A program made the position numbers and the translations under genes. DNA of 64,000 bases from Rebecca billardiae RCC1528 (Eukaryota; Protista; Haptophyta), in assembly GCA_965240325.2 (NCBI GenBank), contig OZ251253.1:372001-436000 (forward strand), written 5' to 3'. Shown piece by piece: positions 11,858 through 22,919 of this stretch (position 1 is the stretch's first letter; each line of letters begins with the position of its first letter). A model generated the notes under the pieces. It did not search any database. It saw only the letters and a program-made list of their open reading frames with translations, and had not been told where the DNA came from.

Positions 11858-12541
11858 GGCGTGCTGAGCCTCAAGGAGAGCGTCCTCCCCGAGCTCGCCG
11901 AGCCGCCCGAGCGCCCATGCGTCCGGAGCCGTCCGCCTGACCGCCTCGGAATTCCGGATTTGCATGACCGCCTCGAAACCGCGCAGTCTGCAGACCCGGA
12001 CCTACGCCCCGGACACCCCCCCCGCCTCGGTGGGGGTTGGTCCGGTACGGTCCGGCTGCAGACTGCGAAACCGCGGGCTGAGCGCATCGGCAGAGCTACC
12101 GCAACGTCTTGCACTGCTAAGAGTCTTGCAGGGCAGCCCCGCCTGCACCCGGAGTGCTACGAGGGGCACATCCGTCGACCGGACAGTCGGCACCCGCGCA
12201 GCTGCTTCGGCCTCGGGCCCAATCGCCATTGCCCATTCAATCGGCCGGGGGCTTGGCCTCGTCGCTCGCGAACCTTGATGCGCCTCACCGCCCACAATAC
12301 TACAGCTAGTTGCTGGCTACGTCACCAAGCATCAGCATCAGTTATTCATCAGCTACATAGTACATACAGCAGTACGCCAGACCCTCTGACCGCCTGACCG
12401 ACAGGCTGCCGACGCTGATCAATAGACTATAGAGTCTGCGACTCCTCGTCTGAGCCTCTCGGACGCACGTCGGCGGGGCCGATGTGCAGCAGCTTTCGCC
12501 GCCACTTCTGCTGCCGTGCGGTGCCGCCGCGTGACCGAGAC

Positions 12542-14270
12542 TCATCCGTGACGCAGCAGCTGGCGCTCGAGCGTGCGCGTGTACGCGAGCTGCGCCTGCG
12601 CACGCGATGCCGACCCGTCAGCGTCAGTGCTGCTGCGCCGGCAGCCAGGGGAGGTGGGATCGGTAGGCTGGGTCAGTACTGCATGTCAGGTGAGAGAGTC
12701 TCAGAGTTGTGCAGCGTGCTGGGCTGCTGGCTGGCGCAACAGTCGCACCGCGCGCGCATGCGTGCGCGGCGCGGCCTGGGCGAGCTGTGGCGCACCTGGA
12801 GCCAGCGCCAGCCACCTCTGCGCTCAGCACCTGCCGCAGCACGCGCACGCGCGCAGGGTCCGCCACGTGCTCCGCCACGCGCTCGGCCGCCTGCAGCCGC
12901 GCGCACACGCCGCGCAGCTCGGCCTGCAGCCGCTCGACTAAACTCTCGCGCGCATGCAGCTGCATCTTCAGCGTGACGATCGTCTCCACCGCAGCAGCAG
13001 CCTCGGGTGTCTCGCCGCTGTGAGCGGGCGGCGCTGTGTGAGCGACGTGTGCGCAAGGGTGCTCGACGCTCGTCACGAGCGTCGCGAGGAGCGGTGGCGG
13101 CTCAGCACCGCTCTCGCCGGGTGTGTCGGCCAGCGTGTCCGCGGGCACAGGCAGCACGGCCGCCTCCGCGTGTGCACCTGCGGCCGAGCTGAGGCCATCG
13201 CTGGCAGGCGCAGGGAGCTCGGTGGAGGGCGGCATGGCGGGCTGCGGGTACACAGCAGCTGGCCGTGTGGCATCAGCAGCATCGGAGGGCCCGTGCTCAG
13301 CCGCGCGTGCAGAAGGGCGGCGGGCAGGCGGCGGCTGCTCGATGGCCGGCTCCGCCGCTGCTGGCCTCAGCGCTGCCTTGATGGTGCAACTGTGATGCGC
13401 CCGGCAGCGCTCGTTGAGGTCGCGCTCGTCCGGCGTGGGGAAGTTGAGCCATTTGATGCCCACCAGGTGACGCTTGCGCACAAAGGCATCGTAAGCATGC
13501 GCGGCCTCCTCTGCTGTGGCATAGCTGCCGGTTAGAAGTTTCTTGCCGTTGTGACGAAAAAGTCCTCGCCATGGTCGTGGACCCGCCTTTGCCCTGGAAT
13601 CGCAGGTAATCCCCACAAAGCCGTGGCTCGAGGCGTGCGCGGCGCGGCTCGCCTGCAGCTCAAGCTCGCGCTCGTGCGGGGACGGGAAGTTGAGCCGCTT
13701 CACGCCCACGAGGCCCTTCTCGCGCACGAGCGCGTCATACGCGCGCGCCGCCTCGGCGGCAGTCGCCGCCAGGCGTCCGGGCGCGTGGTGTTTGACGCCC
13801 TTGTGCTGTATTTGTGCAGCCCACCGCCCCCTATTTGCAGCGTAGTATACGCCAACAAAGTCGGAAGGCGACGCATCGCCCATGCCGGCGGGCTGCCCGC
13901 GCTCATCCCCGCCTGCAACCACCGTCTCCGCGTTCTCGTCCTCGCCGTCCTCCTCCTGGTCGCAGGGCGAGGCCCCGTCACGCGGCCGAGCGTCGGTCGA
14001 GCCAGACGCCATCCGCTGGGCAGCTTGGGCGGCGAGTAGCGCGTGCACCGCGCTGGCCCCTTTGAGCCAGCCGCCACGCGACTCGAGCACCATCGAGTGC
14101 CTGGCCCTCTTGTTCGCGCCAGCAGCCTCGGGCACGGTTGCTACCGCGGTATCGTCAGCGTTGGAGCCGCCGGTGTCGAGCTCGCGCTGCACCGACGGGG
14201 TTGAAGTCGTCGCCACCCGCATCGGACTGGACGGGGGCGCGCGGCTGCCATTCTCTCCAGCGCGCTTCAT
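12542..14270 (-). CDS. Double-AP2 domain DNA-binding protein, copy 2 (intron ~12795-12633)
   Basis: ATG of MKRAGE at 14270. Two AP2 domains and conserved tail LKMQLHARESLVERLQAEL. Spliced terminal exon SSTDADG..YTRTLERQLLRHG*. Confidence 0.8.
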
Positions 14271-14416
14271 GGCGTGTTGAGCCTCGGGCGCGGAGGAGGG
14301 CGCGGCGACCGAGATTGCGCCGACCGTCCTTCCGCATGCGCCCGGATCGGCACCTCGAAATCCGGGTTGAAAACTGAATGACCGCTCCCGGTGGACTTGC
14401 AACTCTGCATCGGACG

Positions 14417-15754
14417 ATGCCGCTCGCGTGGCCCGCGGTACCGCGGTGGGCACTGCTCGTCGCGGCGGCTTGGCTGCGGGGCGCGTGGGGTGTGGGCACG
14501 CCCATCCCAACGCCACCCCTCGTCTTCGCAAACGGCGTGGCGCCCACCGAGCCAGCGCCCAGCGCCGCGTGCAAGCCGCTCTCGCAGGCCGAGCGCGTGC
14601 GCTTTCAGGGCACGCCCGCCGCGCGCGCCGAGCTGCGCGCAACGCTCGAAGCGCTCGTCAACCGCACGATGCGCGGTCAGCCGTGCGCGCCCCGGATGAC
14701 GGTGCTCCAACGACCCGGCCTGAACGGGTACAACTTTGGCGAGGACCTCAGCGTCGAGCTCTTCCGCGCGCTGAGCGGCGGCGCCGAGCCTGACAAGCGC
14801 CACTTCAGCAAGCTCCTGCTAGGCGGCTCGACGCTCGAAGGCGCTCGGGTCGGGGACATCGTCGCCGGCGCGGGGTTCCGCCTCGCGCCGACGAGCGTCG
14901 TCAAACCCGACCCCGCGTGGGCGGACCTGCGCGTCACCTCCGTCCGCGGCCGCCTCAGCCGCGACCGCCTGCTCGCGCTCGGCGTGCGGCACGTGCCCGC
15001 CGTCTTTGGCGACCCCGCGCTGTTCGTGCCCGAGCTGCTGCCGTGGCTCCGCGGGCTGGCGCACGTGGGCGGCGGCGGCATCTGTCTGATGCCGCACATG
15101 ACGGACAAGCGGCTCAAGGTGCTCGGCTTGCTCTCCAAGCTGCGCGTGATCTCGTCCGTCGACCTTCCGCCCAAGGGCGTGCTGAACGAGCTGCTCGACT
15201 GCGACCTGCTGGTCACGTCCTCCCTGCATGGCCTCGTGGTGGCGGACGCGCTCGGCATGCCGTCTATGTTCGCGCACACGAGCTCGGAGGGGCTGAACGC
15301 GTACGCGGACTACCTCTCTGGCCTCGCGTTCAACGTGCGCCGACGCGCACCGCCTGGCGCCGACGGGCTACTCCACAGCATGGACATCTTCGGCTGGATG
15401 CTGATGCTGCCGTCAATGGGGGCGCCGCTACGCGCCGAGAAGGGCCGGGAGACGCTCGCGGCCGCGCGCGCCGCGTGCAGCGAGGGCGGCCTGCAGCCGC
15501 GCGTGAGCTTCCCGGACCGCGCGTGGATGGCGGTCCAGTACGTCACGGCCGTGCTGCCGGCCATGCGACTGGCCTGCGGGCTCGATCCCGATCCGGCGTG
15601 TCACGTGCCGGCTGAGGCGGCGACGTGCCCGTGCTGCGACAGCGAGCCGCCCATGCGCGTGGAGCTTGTCAAAAACGATACCTCGCAGCCTGCGAGCGAA
15701 TGCTCGTCCTTCTGGGGCTGCGTCGTCTCGTGGGCAGCAGGAGCGCATCAATGA
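14417..15754 (+). CDS. Polysaccharide pyruvyltransferase family protein (ExoV/GumL-like) with signal peptide
   Basis: NFGEDLS, GGSTL, SVRGRLSR..L, FGDPAL, LMPH and VTSSLHGLVVADALGMP motifs. Intronless. Confidence 0.85.
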   Translation: MPLAWPAVPRWALLVAAAWLRGAWGVGTPIPTPPLVFANGVAPTEPAPSAACKPLSQAERVRFQGTPAARAELRATLEALVNRTMRGQPCAPRMTVLQRPGLNGYNFGEDLSVELFRALSGGAEPDKRHFSKLLLGGSTLEGARVGDIVAGAGFRLAPTSVVKPDPAWADLRVTSVRGRLSRDRLLALGVRHVPAVFGDPALFVPELLPWLRGLAHVGGGGICLMPHMTDKRLKVLGLLSKLRVISSVDLPPKGVLNELLDCDLLVTSSLHGLVVADALGMPSMFAHTSSEGLNAYADYLSGLAFNVRRRAPPGADGLLHSMDIFGWMLMLPSMGAPLRAEKGRETLAAARAACSEGGLQPRVSFPDRAWMAVQYVTAVLPAMRLACGLDPDPACHVPAEAATCPCCDSEPPMRVELVKNDTSQPASECSSFWGCVVSWAAGAHQ

Positions 15755-16387
15755 GCAGACAGCCGGACGCGGGCGCGCGGCTGTCCCTCTCTCCGGCACG
15801 CTTGCTCATGGCGTGCTGGTGAGACGAGGAGAACGCGGCAACCGCGATCGCGCGCCGGCCGTCCTATCGCAGTGGCCTCATTGCGTCCGGCACCTATGCA
15901 GACCCGTCGGCGTCAGCGAACAGGCCTCAGCGCTGCTTAGCGCCGGCAGTCGTCAGCGGCCCACCTGCTCGAAATCCGGATGAAAGCGCAGCTAGCATTG
16001 ACTACACTGCATTATGAACAGCTACTCGTCGGGATTCTGCTGCTCAGCCGACTTGGTTAGCTAGTGACTTGCCAACCGTCGTCGCCCGGGCAGCCCGAGC
16101 GCGCACGTGGCCTCGGCTTCGTCGGCGACCGCCGGGACAATTCAAATTGGGCATTGGCGCCTCACCACACCGCCCCCAACCAACTAATCATCATCAATGC
16201 GACTGCGGCGTGGCTCAGCGTTCGTCGTCATAGCAGTAGTAGTACTTCAGACCGAGCCGCCACTGACATCATCATAATAGCAGGCGCGGGATGACTCCAG
16301 TGTCTAGCTGAGCCACCCGGATGAAGCACGCGTGGGCCAACCGCAGCCTCTGCTTTCCGGCTGCTGAACTTCATCACCGAGATTAAA

Positions 16388-18136
16388 TCATCCGTGGCGC
16401 AGCAGGAGCTGGCTCTCGAGCGTGCGCGTGTACGCGAGCTGCGCCTGCGCACGCGATGCTGACCCGTCAGCGTCAGTGCTGCTGCGCCAGCAGTCAGGGG
16501 ACGATGTGGGGTGCGAATTGGGTCAGTGCTGCCAAGCCTAGACGACACGGGTGCAGCGCAGTTGTGGGCGGGCGTTGGAAGTGCATGCGCATGCGTGGGC
16601 GGCACGGCATGGGCGTGCGGCAGCGCACCTGAAGCCAGCGCCCGCCACCTCGGCGCTCAGCACCTGGCGCAGCACGCGCACGCGCGCAGGGTCAGCCACG
16701 TGCTCCGCGACGCGCTCGGCCGCCTGCAGCCGCGCGCGCACGCCGCGCAGCTCGGCCTGCAGCCGCTTGACTAAACACGTGCGCGCATGCAGCTGCATCT
16801 TCAGCTCGACGATCATCTCCACCGCAGCGGCAGCCTCGGGTGTCTCACCGCTGCGAGCGGGCGGCGCTGTGCGGGCGTCGGATGGGCAAGGGTGCTCGGC
16901 GCTCGGCACGAGCGTTGCGAGGAGCGGCGGCAGCTCATCACCGCTCTCACCTGTGGTGCCGGCCAGCGTGTCCGCAGGCGCAGAAGCAGCCGCCTCCGCA
17001 CGTGCAGCTGCGGCCGAGCCGACGCCAGCGCTGGAGGGCGACGGGTGCTCGGTGGAGGGCGGCATGGCAGGCTGCAACTGGTGCAAGGCACCTGGCTGCG
17101 TGGCATCGGCGGAGTCGGAGGACCCCGGCTCAGCCACTCGCGGAGAAGGGCAGCGTGCAGGCGGCGGCTGCTCGATGGTGGGCTCCGCTGCTGCTGGTCT
17201 GTGCGCGGCCGTGATGGTGCACCTGTTGAATCGCACCTGGCAGCGCTCGTTGAGGTCGCACTCGTCTGGCGTGGGGAAGTTGAGCCGTTTGGTCCCCACT
17301 AGGAGGTGCTCGCGCACGAGGGCATCGTACGCACGCGCGGCCTCCTCCGCCGTGGCAAATGTGCCGGTGTTAAGTTGCTTCCCGTTGTCACGGACAAATC
17401 CCCGCCATGTTCGTGGACCACCCTTTCTGCTGGAGTTGCAGCAAACTCCCACAAAGCCGTGGCTCGAGGCCTGTGCGGCGCGACTGGCCTGCAGTTCGAG
17501 CTCGCGCTCGTGCGAGGACGGGAAGTTGAGCCGCTTCACGCCGACGAGGCCGTTCTCGCGCACGAGCGCGTCGTACGCGTGTGCCGCCTCGGCGGCAGTC
17601 GCCCGGCCTCCGGGCGCGTAGAAGATGTCGCCCTTGTGCTGTACTTTTGCATACCACCGCAGCGCGCGGTAGTGCACGCCAAGGAACACAGAAGGCGAAG
17701 CATCGCCCATGCCGGCGGGCTCCTCGCGCTCACCCCCGCCTCCGACCACCGTCTCCGCGTCATCGTCCTCGCCGTCCTCCTCCTGGTCGCAGCGCAGGTC
17801 AGCATCACGCGGCCGAGCGTCGGTCGTGCCAGACGCCACCGGCTTGGCAGCGGCGAGCAACGCGCCGTCAACGTGCGATGGGCTGGCGCCATTGGTCCCA
17901 TGATCTCGCGCCTCGAGCACCATCGAGTGCCTGGCCCTCTTGTTCGCGCCAGCAGCCTCAGGCGCGCTCGGCGCGGGCAAGTCGGTGGCATCGTCGGCGC
18001 GAGCGTCAGCGTTGGAGCCGCCGAGGTCGAGCTCGCGCTGCGCCGACGGAGCCGAAGCTGGTCGCATGAAGCCTGTCACCATCCGCATCAGACTGTACAC
18101 GGGCGTGCGGCTGTCGCCCTCGCCGGCGCGCTTCAT
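16388..18136 (-). CDS. Double-AP2 domain DNA-binding protein, copy 3
   Basis: Same architecture as copy 2. Open frame 18136 to ~16629, GTGCGC donor, terminal exon ending TGA 16388-16390. Confidence 0.8.
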
Positions 18137-18621
18137 GGCGTGCCGAGCCTCGGGCGCGAGGAGCGCGCGGCGACCGTGAACGCGCCGTCAGTCAGGTCGG
18201 TCCGGAGGGGGAGCCATCACGGAAATCCGGTGCATCAGGGTCCGCTCCGGCTGGTCTAGAACTGCAGCCGCTTCCACTAGTTCCAGCCCGCGGCCGCGGC
18301 CGCGACAGCGGCAACGGCGCGGCTGTCCCCAGCGTTGACTATGACGCCTACTCGTCGCCATCAGCAGGCGCTACTGCTGAATGCACTATCCGGATACCCG
18401 ATGACCGCGCAGTTACTCTAACTTCATCTTATCAGTGGACGCCCGTCGGCGGGCTGCACTCGGTGCACCGCACTCGCCCGGCCCGCGCGCCGTCGTGAGA
18501 CGTGAATTCGGTGAGTGAGCCAATCGCCAATCGGGGCCCGGGCGTGCCTGCTTGAACCGCGCGCGGGCGCAGATAGTGATACGCTTTCGGCCTTTTCGGT
18601 ACCAGCTTCAAGTCTCAGGAC

Positions 18622-20374
18622 TCATCCGCGAAGAAGCTGGCGTTCAAGCGTGCGCATGTACGCGAGCTGTGCCTGTCTGTGCAGCAGGTGATGCCAGCCC
18701 GTCGCCTTCTATGCGGCTGCACCAGCAGCCAGGGCGGAGGGCAGTTGCGTGCGTGCGGGCCAAGCGGCGGGCCGGGACGCAGGGATGGGGGGGGTGCAGA
18801 CTGGGTCAGCGCCACGCGTACTGGCAGGCGCAATCGAGTGGTCATGCGCGCGCGCATGCGTGGGGGGCGCGGCGCTGGCGAGCTGCAGCGCACCTGGAGC
18901 CAGCGCCCGCCACCTCGGCGCTCAGTACCTGGCGCAGCACGCGCATGCACGCAGGGTCCGCCACGTCCTCAGCCACGCGCTCGGCCGCCTGCAGCCGCGC
19001 GCGCACGCCGCGCAGCTCGGCCTGCAGCCGCTCGACTAAACTCTCGTGCGCATGCAGCTGCATCTTCAGCTCGACGATCATCTCCACCGCAGCAGCAGCC
19101 TAGGCAGTCTCCCCCGTGCAAGCTGGCGGCACGGTGTGGGCGTCGTGTGGGCAAGGGTGCTTGGAGCGGGTGTCGAGCGTTGCGAGGAGCGGCGGCGGTC
19201 CCACGCCGCTCTCGCCGGCTATGTCGGCCAGCGCGTCCGCTGGCGCAGGCAGCACGGCCACCTCTGCACGCGCACCTGCTGCCGAGCCGATGCCAGCGCT
19301 GGAGGGCGACGGGTGCTCGGTGGAGGGCGGCATGGCGAGCTGCGCGTGCTTGGGAGCTGGCTGCACTGCATCAGCGGTAGCGGCTGGGCCTTGCTCGGCC
19401 ACGCGTGCAGAAGGGCTGCGGGCAGGCGGCGGCTGCTCGATGGCGGGCTCCGCTGCTGCTGGTCTGTGCACGGCCACGCTCGGGTACTTGTGTGTCACGC
19501 AGCGCTCGTTGGGGTCGAGCTCGTCCGGCGTGGGGAAGTTGAGCCGCTTGATGCCCACCAGGTGACTCTTGCGCACAAGGGCATCGTACGCGTGCGCGGC
19601 CTCCTCTGCTGTGGCATAGCTGCCGGTTTTAAGTTTCTTGCCGTTGTGACGAAAAAGTCCTCGCCATGGTCGTGGACCCGCCTTGCTGTTGGAATCACAG
19701 GTAATCCCCACAAAGCCGTGGCTCGAGGCGTGCGCGGCGCGGCTCGCCTGCAGCTCAAGCTCGCGCTCGTGTGAGGACGGGAAGTTAAGACGCTTCACGC
19801 CGACGAGGCCGTTCTCGCGCACGAGCGCGTCGTACGCGTGTGCCGCCTCGGCGGCAGTCGCCCGGCCTCCGGGTGTGCGGTAGACGCAGTTCTTGTGATA
19901 CACTTTTGCATACCATCGGCACATTTTTTCATGGTAGTACGCGCCAAAGAAATCGGAACGCGACACGGTGCCCATGCCGGCGGGCTGCCCGCTTCCAGCC
20001 CCGCCTCCAACCACCGTCTCCGCGTTCTCGTCCTCGCCGTCTGTCTCCTGCTTGCAGGGCGAGGCCCCGTCTGGCGGCCGTGCGCTGGTCGTCTCAGCAG
20101 CAACCGGCTGAGAAGCGTGTGCGGCGAGCAGCGCGTGTACTGCGCTGGCACCTGTGTGCCAGCCGCCACGCGACTCGAGCACCATCGAGTGCCTCGCCCT
20201 CTTGTTCGCGCCAGCAGCCTCGGGCACGGTTGGCGCCGGCAAGTCAGCAGCATCGGCAGTGTTGGAGCCGCCGGGGTCGAGCTCGCGCTGCACCGACGGA
20301 GCCGTGGTCGAAGCCAGCATCCGCATCGGACTGGACGCAGGCGCGCGGCGGTCACCCTCTCCGGTGCGCTTCGT
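18622..20374 (-). pseudogene. Double-AP2 domain gene, copy 4 (disrupted)
   Basis: Homologous start ATG is ACG (20372-20374). GAG->TAG premature stop at 19100-19102. An out-of-frame insertion lies in the terminal exon. Both AP2 domains are still open. Confidence 0.75.
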
Positions 20375-20870
20375 GGCGTGCTGAGCCTCGGGCGCGAGGA
20401 GAAAGGCGGCGACGGAGATCGCGCCGACCGCCCTTCCGCAATAATAAGCGCCCATGCGGATTGCGTCCGGTTGTGCCCGCATTCACCAATATATTTGGCG
20501 AAATCCCGACGCGACTACTACGAATAATAATCCGGAGCGCAAGGGCCCTTGCGGAGCGGATGCACAGCCCGGGTGGCGGCAGCACCGACGAACGGGCCGC
20601 AGCGATTGTCACCACCAGCCGGCCACTTTCCGAACTTCACTAACTTGCTCATTGTACATTGCGGCTGGTGAGCACTGAGGCAGCCTGCTCTCGCCAAGCG
20701 GCTACTACAGAAGAGTCTGCTACACGCAGAAGGCAGTCTCAGGTACTTCAGCAGACAGCTCCGCTGATCAACCGCAGTGTCAGTGACTCCTCGTCCGAGC
20801 CTCGTCCCGGAAGCACGGCATGCATGCCGCCCGCGTGCGCAGCAGCTTCTTCGCTGAGCTTTGCTGAGCC

Positions 20871-22559
20871 TCATCCGCGCAGCAGCTGGCTCTCGAGCGT
20901 GCGCGTGTACTCGAGCTGCGCCGGCGCATGCGATGCTGGCCCGTCGGCGTCGGTGCTGCTGCGCCGGCGGTCAGGGGAGGCGGGGTGCGGACTGGGTCAG
21001 TACCAAGTGAGAGAGGCGGTGCAGCGTGCTGGGCTGCTGGCTGGCGCAACAGTCGCACCGCGCGCCGGCGCGCGCATGCGTGGGCGGCGACATGGGCGAG
21101 CTGCAGCGCACCTGGAGCCAGCGTCCGCCACCTCGGCGCTCAGCACCTGGCGCAGCACGCGCACGCGCGCAGGGTCCGCCACGTGCTCCGCCACGCGCTC
21201 GGCCGCCTGCAGCCGCGCGCGCACGCCGCGCAGCTCGGCCTGCAGCCGCTCGACTAAACTCTCGCGCGCATGCAGCTGCATCTTCAGCTCGACGATCGCC
21301 TCCACCGCAGCGGCAGCCTCGGGGGTCTCGCCGCTGGCAGCTGGCGACCCGGTGTGACCACCGCCATGCGGGTAAGGGTGCTCGACGCTCGTCACGAGCG
21401 TCGCGAGGAGCGGCGGCGGCTCAGCACCGCTCTCACCGGCAGTGTCGGCCAGCGTGTCCGTGGGAACAGGCGGCGCACCCGCGTCCACACGCGCACCTGC
21501 TGCCGAGCCGATGCCAGCGCTGGCAGACGCAGGGTGCTCGATGGAGGGTGGCATGGCGAGCTGCGCGTGCGCAGGAGCTGGCTGCACCGCATCGGCGGCA
21601 GCGGCTGGCCCCTGCTCAGCCGCGCGTGCAGAAGGGCGGCGTGAAGGCGGCGGCTGCTCGGAGGCGGGCTCCGCTGCTGCTGGTCTGTGCGCAGCCACGC
21701 TCGTGTACTTGCGCTTCACGCAGCGCTCGTTACGCTCGCGCTCGTCCGGCGTGGGGAAGTTGAGCCGTTTGATGCCCACCAGGTGACGCTTGCGCACGAG
21801 TGCATCGTACGCGCGCGCGGCCTCCTCCGCCGTGGCATGTATGCCGGCATAAAGCTTCTTACCGTTGTGATTGGCCTTTCCCACCCATGGCCGTGACCCT
21901 GAGGCACTGGAGGTAATCCCCACAAAGCCGTGGCTCGAGGCATGTGCGGCGTGGCTGGCCTGCAGCTCGAGCTCGCGCTCGTGCGGGGACGGGAAGTTAA
22001 GACGCTTCACGCCGACGAGGCCCTTCTTGCGCACGAGCGCGTCGTACGCGCGCGCAGCCTCGGCGGCAGTCGCGAACATTCCAGATGCGTGGTATTGGAC
22101 GCTGTTTTGTGATACTCTTGCGCGCCACCGCCCCGTCTGTGCATGGTACCACACGCCAAGGAACTCGGAAGGCGACACGTCGCCCATGTTGGCAGGCTGC
22201 TCGCGCTCAGCCCCACCTCCAACCACCGTCTCCGCGGCATCGCCCTCGCCCTCCGTCTCCTGGTTGTAGGGCGTGGCCGCATCTCGCGGCCAAGCGTCGG
22301 TCGAGCCGGACGCCACCCGCTGGGCAACCTGTGCCGCGAGCAGCGCGTGCACCGCGCTGGCGCCTTTGGTCCGGCCGCCACGCGACTCGAGCACCATCGA
22401 GTGCCTCGCCCTCTCGTTCGCGCCTTCAGCCTCGCGCACGCCTGACGCTGGCAAGGCCGTGGCGTCGTCAGCGCGAGCGTCGGCGTTGGAGCCGCCGAGA
22501 CCGAGCTCGCGTGATGCCGACGGAGCCGACGCCGGTGGCATGCAACTCGCCGCCATCAT
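20871..22559 (-). CDS. Double-AP2 domain DNA-binding protein, copy 5
   Basis: Open frame with two AP2 domains and the conserved tail. Terminal exon ..LEYTRTLESQLLRG*. Confidence 0.8.
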
Positions 22560-22919
22560 CCTTCAATAATCCGCGCCGATCATTCGCGCATGCTCGATTT
22601 GTTCACGTTGTTCACTGTGAATTCACTGTCAATTTCCAAATTGACTTGTGTGGGGCCGGTGCACACGAGCCGAGCTGGGCAGCCGCTCCGCCAGTGAGTA
22701 GGGGGCCCAGCTGCGTCAGGCTGCCGCACAGCGGCCGTCGCGTACGCTGAGCTGCCGCTGCCCAAAGTCGGTCAGCCAGTTTAATGCTGGAGACCATGCT
22801 ACGGTATGCTGGGCATGGACGGGTGATCGTCGAAAGGACGCATCGCTGATGATGCCTAATTGCGGCCCGGTCTGGGTGTGTCAAGTCATCTGCTGCTCAC
22901 TGCGCCGCCGTGGCATGCA

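Noticed and set aside
18579-18618. Resemblance to U2 snRNA 5' end (ATACGCTTTCGGCCTTTT..TCAAGT)
   Set aside because: Lacks the GUAGUA branch-pairing sequence, the Sm site and the downstream stems.
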